This document shows, in pieces, positions 38,850 to 50,481 of a DNA stretch of 64,000 bases. The DNA lies in NCBI RefSeq assembly GCF_002113885.1, contig NW_018404943.1:582363-646362 (forward strand), written 5' to 3'. The translations under genes and the position numbers were made by a program. Source of the DNA: Mizuhopecten yessoensis. Lineage: Eukaryota. Numbering within the stretch: the stretch's first letter is position 1; each line of letters opens with the position of its first letter. The notes under the pieces are model-generated. The model worked only from the letters and a program-made list of their open reading frames with translations, did not search any database and was not told the DNA's origin.

Positions 38850-41488
38850 ATGAAATCGGTTTCAAAGATCATTTGCTACCTCTGTGTAATATTGCCGTGT
38901 GTTTTTAGCAATTTGGCAGATCACCATGATTCATTAGGTAAACTAGAAGATTTGGAGAGTTCGTACGATTCTCTGGAGAAGGAACTCCTAGAGATAGAAG
39001 ATTATATCCAGACTATCAAAGACGCATGTACGGAAGGGTCAATGAAAGGTCACCTTGAAGGTAGAATATATTCCTGTGCGTGTATGTGTTTGGTTTGTGA
39101 ACGTTCGCCTTTAACTTTCTCATGTATATGTATTTAATATATGTTCCATATTGATTGACACTTATCATGTAAACATAATTCCAGTTGGATAATCATTTTT
39201 TTGTTTTAAAGAAAATTATCCTTTTTTTAATACACCCGACAAATAACGGTCTTAAGTAATTAACTATCTTCCTATCACAATATTTACGGCGACGAGTCAA
39301 GTCGGGTAGTATTTGCTGGTGATGATAATTTGCTAATTGATATGCTTAAGTCGCACAGCTATTGTTACATCATTAAACACATATATCGTAATATTCAGAT
39401 CATAGTGGTTTAGCTTTCCTATCACTATAAATAGAAACTAAACCACACTCAGTGTGTAAGTGCAAGGCAATGCATCATAGAGCATCTTCACACAACAATG
39501 ACATCTTAATGTTATAGCTATTTTGGGGCCATCTTTATTGTAGTTGAAAGCCCCACACAAGCTGAAGATACAGTGAAATAGCCCATGGTTATTTATGAAT
39601 GAACTTTGCGCGCAGTGAAAAATAGTTTACATAATCATCGAATGAATGTATGCTTCTTTTCTCAAATTTTGAAGTATGGCCAATATAAGTGTCAGCTGTA
39701 TATCGATAATGGGTGCACTGACAAGATTATCGAAGTTTTTTTGCATATGGAAATCATACTGGAACACCTAGTTGTGACGGCATATATCTATAGGGGGGCT
39801 TCGTAAACTGTAATATTTGATAATCAACTGGTTACATTCTTATCAATGTAACAGAGGTCATTATTTTTTAAATGCCTCCTCTAGGAGTCGAACCCGGGAC
39901 TTTTTTTAATACACACGACAAATATTTGCAAGGCATTTAAGCTCAAATCAAGTGTCAAAAGTAATAAAACATATATGATGGTTTTAATTCCAGTGGCTTA
40001 AAAATGTAATATTCAAGAATGCACTTGAAGGCAGCCGACTTCCATGACATTATTAATGTTAGACATATGTACTTAAGATGTTGAAATAAAATATCAAAAT
40101 CGAAGCTTCGACATCTTTCCTCTCTAAATGACTTATTCACTTGTTAGACCCCATCAACGTGTCTTAATGCATCACAATAACATTAAGTATAAACATATGC
40201 ATGCTAAATGCATCAATTGTGGGACGTATGGTATACCCTTATTGTACTAACCCAATGTCGCCTTAATGCATCACATGTTTAAGTAAACAAATGTCACTAG
40301 ATGTATATAATTCAAATACCAAAATAGGTTTACTATACGTTCCACAATTGATGCATTAAGCATACCCAAGAATATTCGTAATGTTAGTTTGTGCATTAAG
40401 ACACGAAAGATGCTTATCATAGTGTATATGTGATAATGGTGCTGCTTGTCATTGTTAATATACATATCAGCCTGGTTTTTTTCTCATATTTGCTATTTAC
40501 AGAAAAAAGGAACTTCATTCGAACAAGAGGAGACAAGGTGCCTGCTCCATATGCGACAAAACAACGAGAGGAGCGTGTCCCTGCGGGTGTTTCTATAGCC
40601 ATATTGTTTTCACCAACAACAACATTAAGAAAAAGAGCATCGCCAACAACTGGGACCTTTGCTACAACCACGTCTTCAACAACAACTCCTACTACAACTC
40701 CTACTACAACTCCTACTACAACTCCTACTACAACTCCTACAACAACTCTTACTACAACTCCTACAGCAACTCCTACTACAACTCTTACTACAACTCCTAC
40801 AGCAACACCTACTACAACTCTTACAACAACTCCTACTACAACTCCTACTACAACTCCTACTATAACTCCAATTACAACTACAACAACTTTAACCACAACA
40901 CCTACAACAACCCGTACCACAACAACACCGACAACAACTACAACAACCCCTACCACAACAACACCGACAACAACTACAACAACTCCTACCACAACAACAA
41001 CACCGACGACAACTACAACAACTCCTACCACAACAACAACACCGACAACAACAACTTTACCCACTACAACGGAGCGAGTCATACCGCCGGTTGTGTTCCA
41101 GGCGTCTCTTGCAACAGTATATCCAATTATGAGCCCCAAACAGGTGATTGTGTTCGAACGGGTAATCACAAATATCGGTCAAGCCTACGACAGTAACTTT
41201 GGAGTGTTCAAGGTACCGTACAGTGGGCTTTATGAATTCATAGTAACTATTGCAGCTGCTAAAGACCACTTTGTTGATGTGGTGCTGGTAAAGAATGCTG
41301 CCACCCTGTGTAAAGCACATGCGTCCACACCTGACCAGGGTATTGGTATGTGTGTGGCAATTGTACACGCTACCAAAGATGATGATATCATTGTTCGTCA
41401 TCTGAATGGAATCGGGACACATTTGAGTGGACAGAATGGTTATTCGTCCTTCTCAGGGCATTTGATCAGTGCAGATATTGTTAACTAA
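38850..41488 (+). CDS. C1q domain-containing protein D with Thr/Pro mucin-like stalk, 398 aa; exons 38850-39060 and 40503-41488
   Basis: Leader MKSVSKIICYLCVILPCVFS, acidic coiled coil, donor GTAGAA, acceptor TTTACAG, in-frame EKRN...LRKRA-(TPTT)n-gC1q (VVFQASL...FERVITNIGQAYD..FGVFKVPYSGLYEF...FSGHLI); AATAAA at 41494. Confidence 0.88.
40665..41070 (+). repeat. Coding tandem repeat (12-bp ACTCCTACTACA-type then ACA-rich units) encoding the mucin stalk of C1qDC D
   Basis: In-frame repeat within ORF 40430-41488; no stops. Confidence 0.9.
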
Positions 41489-42630
41489 TATGAAATAAAA
41501 TTTGTAACTAAATGAAGAATTATTTGTATCTTGAACAACACAAACGGTTTTGATGCTTGACCTACGGAGCATTGTCATGTCTAGTACACACGTACACTTA
41601 TATAGCATGGGAATATGTTTACATATGCTGAATTAAATGTCCGCGCAGGATAATTAAGTCAAAGAATTTACTAAGAAAATATTGAATTTTTGACGATTAA
41701 AACAATATTTCTTATCTCTTATTGGTTTCCGCTGGGATTCAACACAGTAAAAAGTACTAATTGGTGATTATTTTACCATTGCTCATGTTTAAAGTCTAAT
41801 TATTTATCTTGAGAACTTACTTCTTCAACTTTCGTATATTGAATGGATTGGTTTTGAAATGTTTGCATCTTCCAAACATTTAAGGAAATATATGCTAAAT
41901 CCCCATAAAGGCATTTTTTGGTCAATTTCAGATGATTTATCTGTACCGATACAATAAATCTGTAATATAATAATAAAAACGTGTGTACCTCTACAGACGT
42001 CAACGTGCCCAAAGAAATATTATTTTATCTGATGTTCAAATAAGATTTCTTTTACGAATCAATTCAAGTGTTCAATTATAAAATATATCTCGTTTCGTGC
42101 ATCTAGAAAGTTTGTTGCAAACAAGGAGAATATATAACAATGACCCGTATTTTTTACACATCGATGTAAAATATCGAAGAAATAGATTGTTGTTGCAATC
42201 TTCAGCAAATAGTCAATGGTTTCAATTAATACAATTAACAATAACCCTAGTAAATGTCTGAGTAAATATATGTGAGTTAAAAAATGTCCATGTTTATCTA
42301 TTTGCGATCAATTTTCTACGCTATAATATGTGTTTCCCAATATCTATGTATATACTCTTCTTGTATATTTTGCATCACGCGTTTACGTTAAGAAGATAAT
42401 ACGAGGAAGCCTTGGATTGGGGTGTTCTAATATTTCATGTAAGGAAGAGTGAAGAGTCGGGGACTTGTTTACGATAGACGTGACATACTTTTATATGAAG
42501 GGAATGGTTGGCGCTTACTAACGGGTCTTGCTGTAAACTTATCTCTGTAAGATAGTGACAAGGCCAAGGTCACCAACACAACATACACGAACATTGAACT
42601 AAAATATCTATTCTGATCTAGAATTTCAAA

Positions 42631-45600
42631 ATGGTGGCCGTCACAGTTCTGTTGGGGATCTTTCTTTGTGTCCTAGGTACATGTAAGGGTTCTGTTTCAA
42701 ATAGTGAATTATCTGATAGGTTAGACAGACTTGAAGCTCTGTATGAGAATTTTGAGAGTTTGATAAATGAAAATGGTGTTGAATTACAACAACTGCTCGA
42801 CAAAGCCAGGGCTAAGGCACAACTTGTTAAGGCAATCGACGAAGACCAGGCGGAGCCGGAAGTCGACACCGAAAAACAACCGGAAGATGAGGTCAACAAA
42901 AGACGTAAGATTATTTCATCTTTTTTTTATTATATTAAAGAGCCAAATTTTGATTATGCGTATAGCGTATTTAGGAATCTGTGTAATTTGATGATTTATA
43001 TCAAATTACGCCTGTTGACTTGTTTTATAATAAAGTAATACCCATATTGTGAGTTGATAAATACAATGTTAGAATAGAACAATATAAAATAACAATGGAA
43101 TCTAAGTATATATACTTGTATTGGTTACCGATAGCTCAACACGATGCTACTAGATCGTTTGAGGCGACTAACGTTGGGTCGCTGTAGAAGATTTGATAGT
43201 AAACCTGTGCTTCTGTCCCGTTGTAACACTGGTAATCTGTATTACTGTTATGCTAAGTACTCTTTCCTTTTCTTTTCTGTTGGCGGTGACTAAAATATCT
43301 CTTGATAACCATTCGTCATAATAATTTGATGAGAAGGCCTATATGTAATCGAGGTATTATTGCTAGAAAATCGCACATATAGAATTAAGATAATTAAGCG
43401 TGCAATAGCAAGGATATTATATAATTACAAGTGCTGTCAAGGTGGAAAATGATTTTGTAAGAATTAATGATTTATACTTTTTACATGGATTTCGTATTAA
43501 AAAGTATTCTATACAAGATATATATTAAATCATTGAGCAGGGTTTTTTTTTGCCAGAAATTAAACAAAAACAGTCCCCAAAAGGTACTATTAAAATACAT
43601 CATTATTACTATCCATACTGACAAATCGTGCATGTATCTATATTTGTGCTGATATATATTGCCGATCTTAAATATTTACTGCAAACAAAAAAATCTGTTT
43701 TAATTGATAATATTTCATATAATAAAACCAAAAATACAGAAAAAAAACTATTTTGCAATATATTTGATTGACGTAGAATAATTATAAAGTCTTGATGAAT
43801 AGGATAACGCAAGAGTTATGTATAATTACCCCAACTTATGAATAGCTTACCCTATCAATATAGTAAACATATATACCAAACTTGATATTATTAACGTATA
43901 TTTATGAAAACGATTACTAAAGACTTAAAATGATAATATCTAATGTAGCTTGGAAATAATCCACTAAAAATAGCCGACACATGAAACTGATATTAACAGA
44001 ATCTTTTTGTTTTTACTGATGCATTTTATTATTATAAACTTGCGGAAAATCATTATTTCTTTTGGCAATTTATTTGCGATCAAGAATATGGTAAAACTAG
44101 ACTATTTGACCGCTTTGAAAAGTAATATATTATACTTCCTACCTACTTATTTGGAGAGGGAATATGACCATATGATTTGCTTAATAACAAAATAATTGTT
44201 CTCACTGAACTTCAAAGGTCAGGCTATTGTGGTTATGTTTGCCAAAATAATAAGTAAACGGACAAAAGACATAAACTATCCATATATCTTTCCCAAAGTG
44301 GCATTTTTATTAAGATTTTTAAACACAGAAAATATATTTTAAGCATTTCCTAGTGTTTTTACTTTCTGTCGTGTATAACGCAACAAAACCATATATTTTT
44401 AATTCGAGAATGCTATTTAGTCACATATCTTCTATGTTTTTTCGAAGCAACAATTTCGATACACTTTTCTGGCAAATCATATACTGTACTTTAATTGATC
44501 TTACAATACTGTTAATTCATCCAACTTAATTTTAAATAGCATTTATATATTAAACTTTGGTATTTAAAGCGGTTTGTATTTCATTCTTAATTCCAAAAGA
44601 GGGAGACACAAAATGTTTTCCTCAAGTTTGATTTTAGTAGACCTTTAGCTGTTTTGATATAAAATGTTAATCATTATGATAAAAAAAGCAAAAACAGAAA
44701 ATCATATACATTATACATGTATGCCAACAAATTCAGAGGTTTCAAATGTGTAATAAATTTTGTACACAAATCATTCGGGGGAAAAAATCAACAAAACATT
44801 TGTGTATTTACTCGTCAGAAATGGTATGCAATGTCTGGAAGGGTGCAGAGTATCGTACGTGCATCCTTGTAAAGCACTCTTCCACTAGCTTATTTTTGTT
44901 TGACTGTTAGAAATATAAATGTGTCTCGACAAATCAGATTTCCACGAGAGGTTTTGTAAAAGCCCGACAGTATCGATATCTGCAAATTACTTACATAAAT
45001 AAAAATATTGATTTCAACGCATTGAGTCTTTGAGCTCTGAATATACTTCTTCTCTGCTACATATATATTACGTAAAATTGTATTTTGTTGAAAATTTTTT
45101 TTTAAAAAACGTATCTTTCAGAATCATTATCGTTCGACGTATTTTTCAAGGTCTTTGTATGATATTTTGTTTGAGGTTAGTCAAGAAACAGTTATTGAGC
45201 CAAATCATACGATATATATTGTTTTGAAGCTGTTCAACTTTACCACACATCTGCCATTTCTGTAGGTTGTCGAATGTATTCTTTTCCAAAGAGTTATAAT
45301 AAAGTAATATTTATATTTTATTTGTGTCATATCGTGAAGTGTTATATTTCCCAATAACCGCTGATTTTATAAAGTTTACATCTGTTATAATTTGGTCTCT
45401 TACAGAAATACTGACAACCTTTGCCCCATCCAGTACAACTTCCTCCCGTGCTTCCAACCCTCTGGTGTTTCATGCCACCCTATCAACCTCGTACAGCATC
45501 ATGAGCCCAAAGCAGACGATCGTGTATAACACAGTCATCACAAACGTCGGGAACGCCTACGATTCAAACTTCGGCGTGTTCAAGGCGACCGCGCCTGGTC

Positions 45601-45851
45601 TCTACGAGTTTATAGCAACTGTTTCCGCCTACACCGGTTACTACGTCGATGTTGAAATGGTCCTCAATAACCGGATGTTATGTCGTGCGCATGCCGGAGC
45701 CCCTGACATGGAAATCGGCATGTGTGTTTCCATGGTTCATCTGAATACCGGTGATGACGTATTCGTACGTCATTACAGTGGTAGAGGAACCTACATTTAT
45801 GGTGGCTATAATTATCCGTCGTTTTCTGGACATTTGATAGCAAGAGATTAA
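42631..45851 (+). CDS. C1q domain-containing protein E, 239 aa; exons 42631-42904 and 45406-45851
   Basis: AAAATGG start, leader MVAVTVLLGIFLCVLGTCKG, coiled coil, acidic linker, ...VNKR/C GTAAGA; acceptor CTTACAG; Q-ILTTF...LVFHATL...YNTVITNVGNAYD..FGVFKATAPGLYEF...FSGHLI; AATAAA at 45868. Confidence 0.92.
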
Positions 45852-47330
45852 GTGCATTTTACTCCCAAATAAACAGCTTATAATGTATTCATTTTGTATT
45901 TATTTTATTACAATGTAACATTTTACAAGACATCCAATGCATGAACATTCATGAGTAGCTTTAATGATTACTTTGAAATCCTTGAAAATCTATCTAAAAT
46001 TTTAAATATCTATATACTTCGTGAGTATCATAAAAATAGTAACTGCATTCAACATTTACAAAGATAAATAAAGGGGTAGCTACGTGAAAAGTATAAGGAT
46101 TAAAGTCACAAGCTTTGATTTAGCAAAATAATTTATCCATTTAAATAGCAATAATGACAGTGGCGATACAATTAAAGTAATGTATTCTACAATCTATAAC
46201 CATCCGGAATAAACAAATATAATGTTCCAATCTTCGCTCTTCAGACGTATCAGGCACGATTACAAATATAATTCAAAAACACCAACACACACACATCAAA
46301 TAAACCAGTTACGCTCTAATTTTGTAAGTCGAATTCGAATTGAAGTTTCTATACTTATAGTTTCTTTTTGTGGGTGCGCAATTCATCAATTCTCTTGAAA
46401 ATCAGTTGAAATTCGTAATACGTATTTTTTTTACAGTATACATCTATTAGATAAAGTACAATAGACAGTCAATCTATTAGAAATTCTCGGTATTCTTATC
46501 TCGGTACCTTGAAACACGGGTCTGGGCTAGGTCATCGCTGACTTAATAAGGTGAACTCCTTTTGCAATGTCGAACACTGCTGGTGACCTACAGATGTAAA
46601 ATATCCCAGAGTATAAGAACTGACAAAATCAGTAATGTCACCTGTGGACCAAGGAATGCTCCCTGTTAATAAACAACACGTGTTTTCCACACGAAGGGGT
46701 ATTTTTGAAACGGACCTTTCTTAGATCCTTAACTTTAATTTTATATCACAACTCTTAATCCATCGTTTTTATATATTAATTTTGTAGAACCTTTGGGGAA
46801 GGGTGTGTTGTGTATTGACAAGAGAGTAGAATATATTATATACGAACAAATACGCTAACAAATAAAGGGAGAAGAAACTACAAGGAAGCATGGCTTTTAT
46901 CGTGTTCTTTACCGCCTTCTGCATTTCTGTTATTCTAAGGCTTACCATTCTTTCAAATACATTTATGAATTATTAAACAAACTTATTGAATAATACAAAT
47001 TTACTTTTTGTTCATGACATGAAATGATCTAGTTATGTGATCTATTTTGAGTAAGTTATGTCATACTTAATAATCACTTGACTTGCTCTTCCGTCAGACT
47101 TGAAATGCTGTGCTTTAAACAGGCGTGCGTAGAAGACAGGTGTGTCGCAATCAGTAATGCAAAGGAAATCAAGGTTTAATTTAGCATTATTGGGAAATGC
47201 AATATCATATTGTGACAGTTTTACTAGTCAATAATATCAACTGATCTTTTCTATTCAACTTGTGTGTTCTGGCAAAAAATGGGCAGTTTCAGTACCGTGT
47301 GAACTACCAATTGCTTGTATATACTGATTC

Positions 47331-48213
47331 ATATCCTCGGTGATAACCTGACATTAAACTATATCCTCGGAGATAACCTGACATTTAACTATATCCTCAG
47401 AGACAATCTGACATTTACCTAAATCCTTGGAGATAATCTGACACTTACCTATATCCTCGGAGATAATCTGACATTTAACTATATCCTCGGAGATAATCTG
47501 ACATTTAAATATATCCTCGGAGATAATCTGACATTTAAACATATCCTCGGAGATGACCTGACATTTAAATATATCCTCGGAGATAACCTAACACTTAAAT
47601 ATATCCTCGGAGATGACCTGACATTTAAATATATCCTCGGAGATAACCTAACATTTAAACATATCCTCGGAGATGATCTGACATTTAAATATATCCTCGG
47701 AGATGACCTAACATTTAAATATATCCTCCGAGATGACCTAACATTTAAATATATCCTCCGAGATGATCTGACATTTAACTATATCCTCGGAGATGACCTG
47801 ACATTTAAACATATCCTCGGAGATGACCTAACATTTAAACATATCCTCGGAGATAACCTAACATTTAAATATATCCTCGGAGATAATCTGACATTTAACT
47901 ATATCCTCGGAGATGACCTGACATTTAAATATATCCTCCGAGATGACCTGACATTTAAATATATCCTCGGAGACGACCTGACATTTAAATATATCCTCGG
48001 AGATGATCTGACATTTAAATATATCCTCGGAGATGATCTGACATTTAACTATATCCTCGGAGATGACCTGACATTTAAATATATCCTCGGAAATGACCTA
48101 ACATTTAAATATATCCTCGGAGATGACCTGACATTTAACAATATCCACGGAGATAATCTGACATTTAAATATATCTTCGGAGATAACTTGAAATTTAACT
48201 ATAACCTGGGAGA
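47331..48213. repeat. 30-bp minisatellite (ATATCCTCGGAGATGACCTGACATTTAAAT), ~29 copies
   Basis: Exact 30-nt register visible line after line. Confidence 0.97.
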
Positions 48214-49244
48214 TTTATGTTGTTGCCTACTACTACGTATAAAGGGAGCGACGTGTACTGCCGTGCTGTTTGTATTGAAAGTTATTGGCACTGATGATGA
48301 AGAAAAATATTACGACTTAAGAGAGGTAGTTGAAAACAAAACATAGAGTTATGAATATGTTTAGTTCCTTAATCACAACTCTGAAAGTATTTAGAAGAGT
48401 TTCAAATCTACGAAAGTCGTCATAGTTACTCGTCTATATGGTACTGTGTTTATCTACTTTGTATTGAATTGTAAACATTCATGATCACACAGTATGCATG
48501 AATATGAGAGCAATGGGTACTTCACACGATACTGAAACTGCACAGTTTTTAGCAAAACGCAAAAGTTGAAAATAAAATGTCAGTTGATATAATTGACGTC
48601 GTCGATGTTGAACACGAAAAACCCCACTTTTTACCTCAATTCGGTTAAATTAGGATACTCTTCACTCAGGCCCTTGATCAAATAATTCATTGCAGCTTTT
48701 GATTTTGCTGCGATGTACAAAAATGCAAAGAATCAATTATAATTAGAAATGTTCAAAGAAAGTTTTTAAGAAATTATGTCCACTTTTCATTTCTCCAGAT
48801 TAGGTAAAGATGCTACTACAAACGCTTCGGAATGGTAACCGACAAAGTACAGATATTAAGAGCCGTATCACTATGACTAACCAACCACCTATTAATTAAA
48901 GGCTTTAAGAGAGAGAAAAATATGTAGTCAAAATGAGGCAATTTTTGAGTTTGCTCAACCGTTCTACCTCCTCATAGTTCTGATGGTCTCGGAGCTAACC
49001 TTAATTTAACGCCATATCATGATGGCAAAATCCACCAAGTCTATTTAAAGAGAGTGAATGTATAGCCACCAGGCGACCCTGATTGCACTCTTCCTTTGCA
49101 TCGTCGTACATTAGATGTTTTAATATTATCTAATATTATACTACTAGAGACTCAGAGATCAATAAACAAACAGCCATACTGAAACAATCAATAATCTTTA
49201 CTCAATTGTAAAATTACATAATCATAATTTAATTTAATCAGTTA

Positions 49245-50481
49245 TTATATCAGGTGTCCAGAAAAGGATGCGTATTTTCCACCTGCCAGTGTCTGGTTTG
49301 TGTGAAGATAATGCCGCACGCGCACGTTCTCGTTTTCTTCTAAGGTGACGAATGCGACGCAGAGTCCCATGGACGAGTGTGAAGTACCGGCATGGGTGTT
49401 GCAAATGGTAAAGGGATAGTGTGAGGACCGGACCATCTCGATGTCAGTCGAGTTGCCGTCGGTGGACATGGCGCTGGCCATCAGCTGGTAGTTGCCCTGA
49501 CGAGGGGCTGTGAAGATACCGGTGGAGCTGTTGTAGCCATTCCCTATATTGGTGTGGACCACATCGTATGCAATATCCTCGTTTATGGAGCTGAATACCT
49601 TCTGGGAAGCAAGTCTTGCGTGGAAGGCGATCTGGGACGCCGCGGTGTTACAAGCTGTGTTAAAAAAAAAAACCATATATTTTATGTACGATTATGGCGA
49701 CCTGTATGAAACAATAAATGTCTACATATCTTTGTGGTAATTATTAGTGTAACATTAGTGGCACTTTGGGTTGCCACATACCTTTATTGTATAGTTCCCT
49801 ACCCACATAATATCATAGAACAACGCTAACAATCGTTTACACACAATGAAGCAGTAATTTTTAATTCGATCGCGTAATTGATCCGAATTTTAGATCCATG
49901 TCGCCTTTATTAGTCAAGACCAGACATAACGTTTAACCTCTCACATATGCCGGTAATTTAGAAACAAAATCTCCACGGAGAGAAAAATTATTTCACATTT
50001 TTAATATTCTGATAAGCTTCCTGAGAGAAACTTTATATTATTAAGGAAGTGTTTATACAGGGGATAGCATATGTATGCTACAAACCTTACGAAATATACG
50101 ATACTTTAGTATGCCACGGGAGTAAAACAAAAACATGCAGTTGTCACATTTCGTATCATAATATACATATATACACATAAATAGAAAAGGTATGTAAATG
50201 GATCAACAATAAATCATTTCACACTAACACAATTCTTTACCTAACTGTCTTTTTGTGATTGGTTGATCCGAAGAGGACGAAGGAGCCTCATCTTCGTGTA
50301 GAACGTCCCGGAAGATATCCAGTAGATGCTTGGCCTTTTCTCTGTAGAGTTGGATCTCCGCCTCCAGCTGGACACGTTCGTTCTCGAGTGCTTGCAGTCT
50401 GTTGGCTAGATCTACGTTACTGTCCTCAGCAGCAACATAGCTACCTAACGCACATAATAACAGTACACTGACAACCTTCAT
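49245..50481 (-). CDS. C1q domain-containing protein F, 216 aa; exons 50241-50481 and 49245-49654
   Basis: Leader MKVVSVLLLCALGSYVAA, coiled coil, ...ITKRQL/G donor GTAAAG; acceptor (T)nAACACAG; A-CNTAASQIAFHARL...YDVVHTNIGNGYN..TGIFTAPRQGNYQL...FSGHLI. Confidence 0.92.

Noticed and set aside
39880-39902. B-box-like GGTTCGACTCC on the minus strand (tRNA?)
   Set aside because: No A box or cloverleaf in the flanks; at most a SINE head remnant.
40417-41169. 250-aa Val/Gly-rich minus-strand ORF and Leu/Gln ORF 40659-40865
   Set aside because: Antisense and alternate-frame shadows of the Thr/Pro repeat in C1qDC D.
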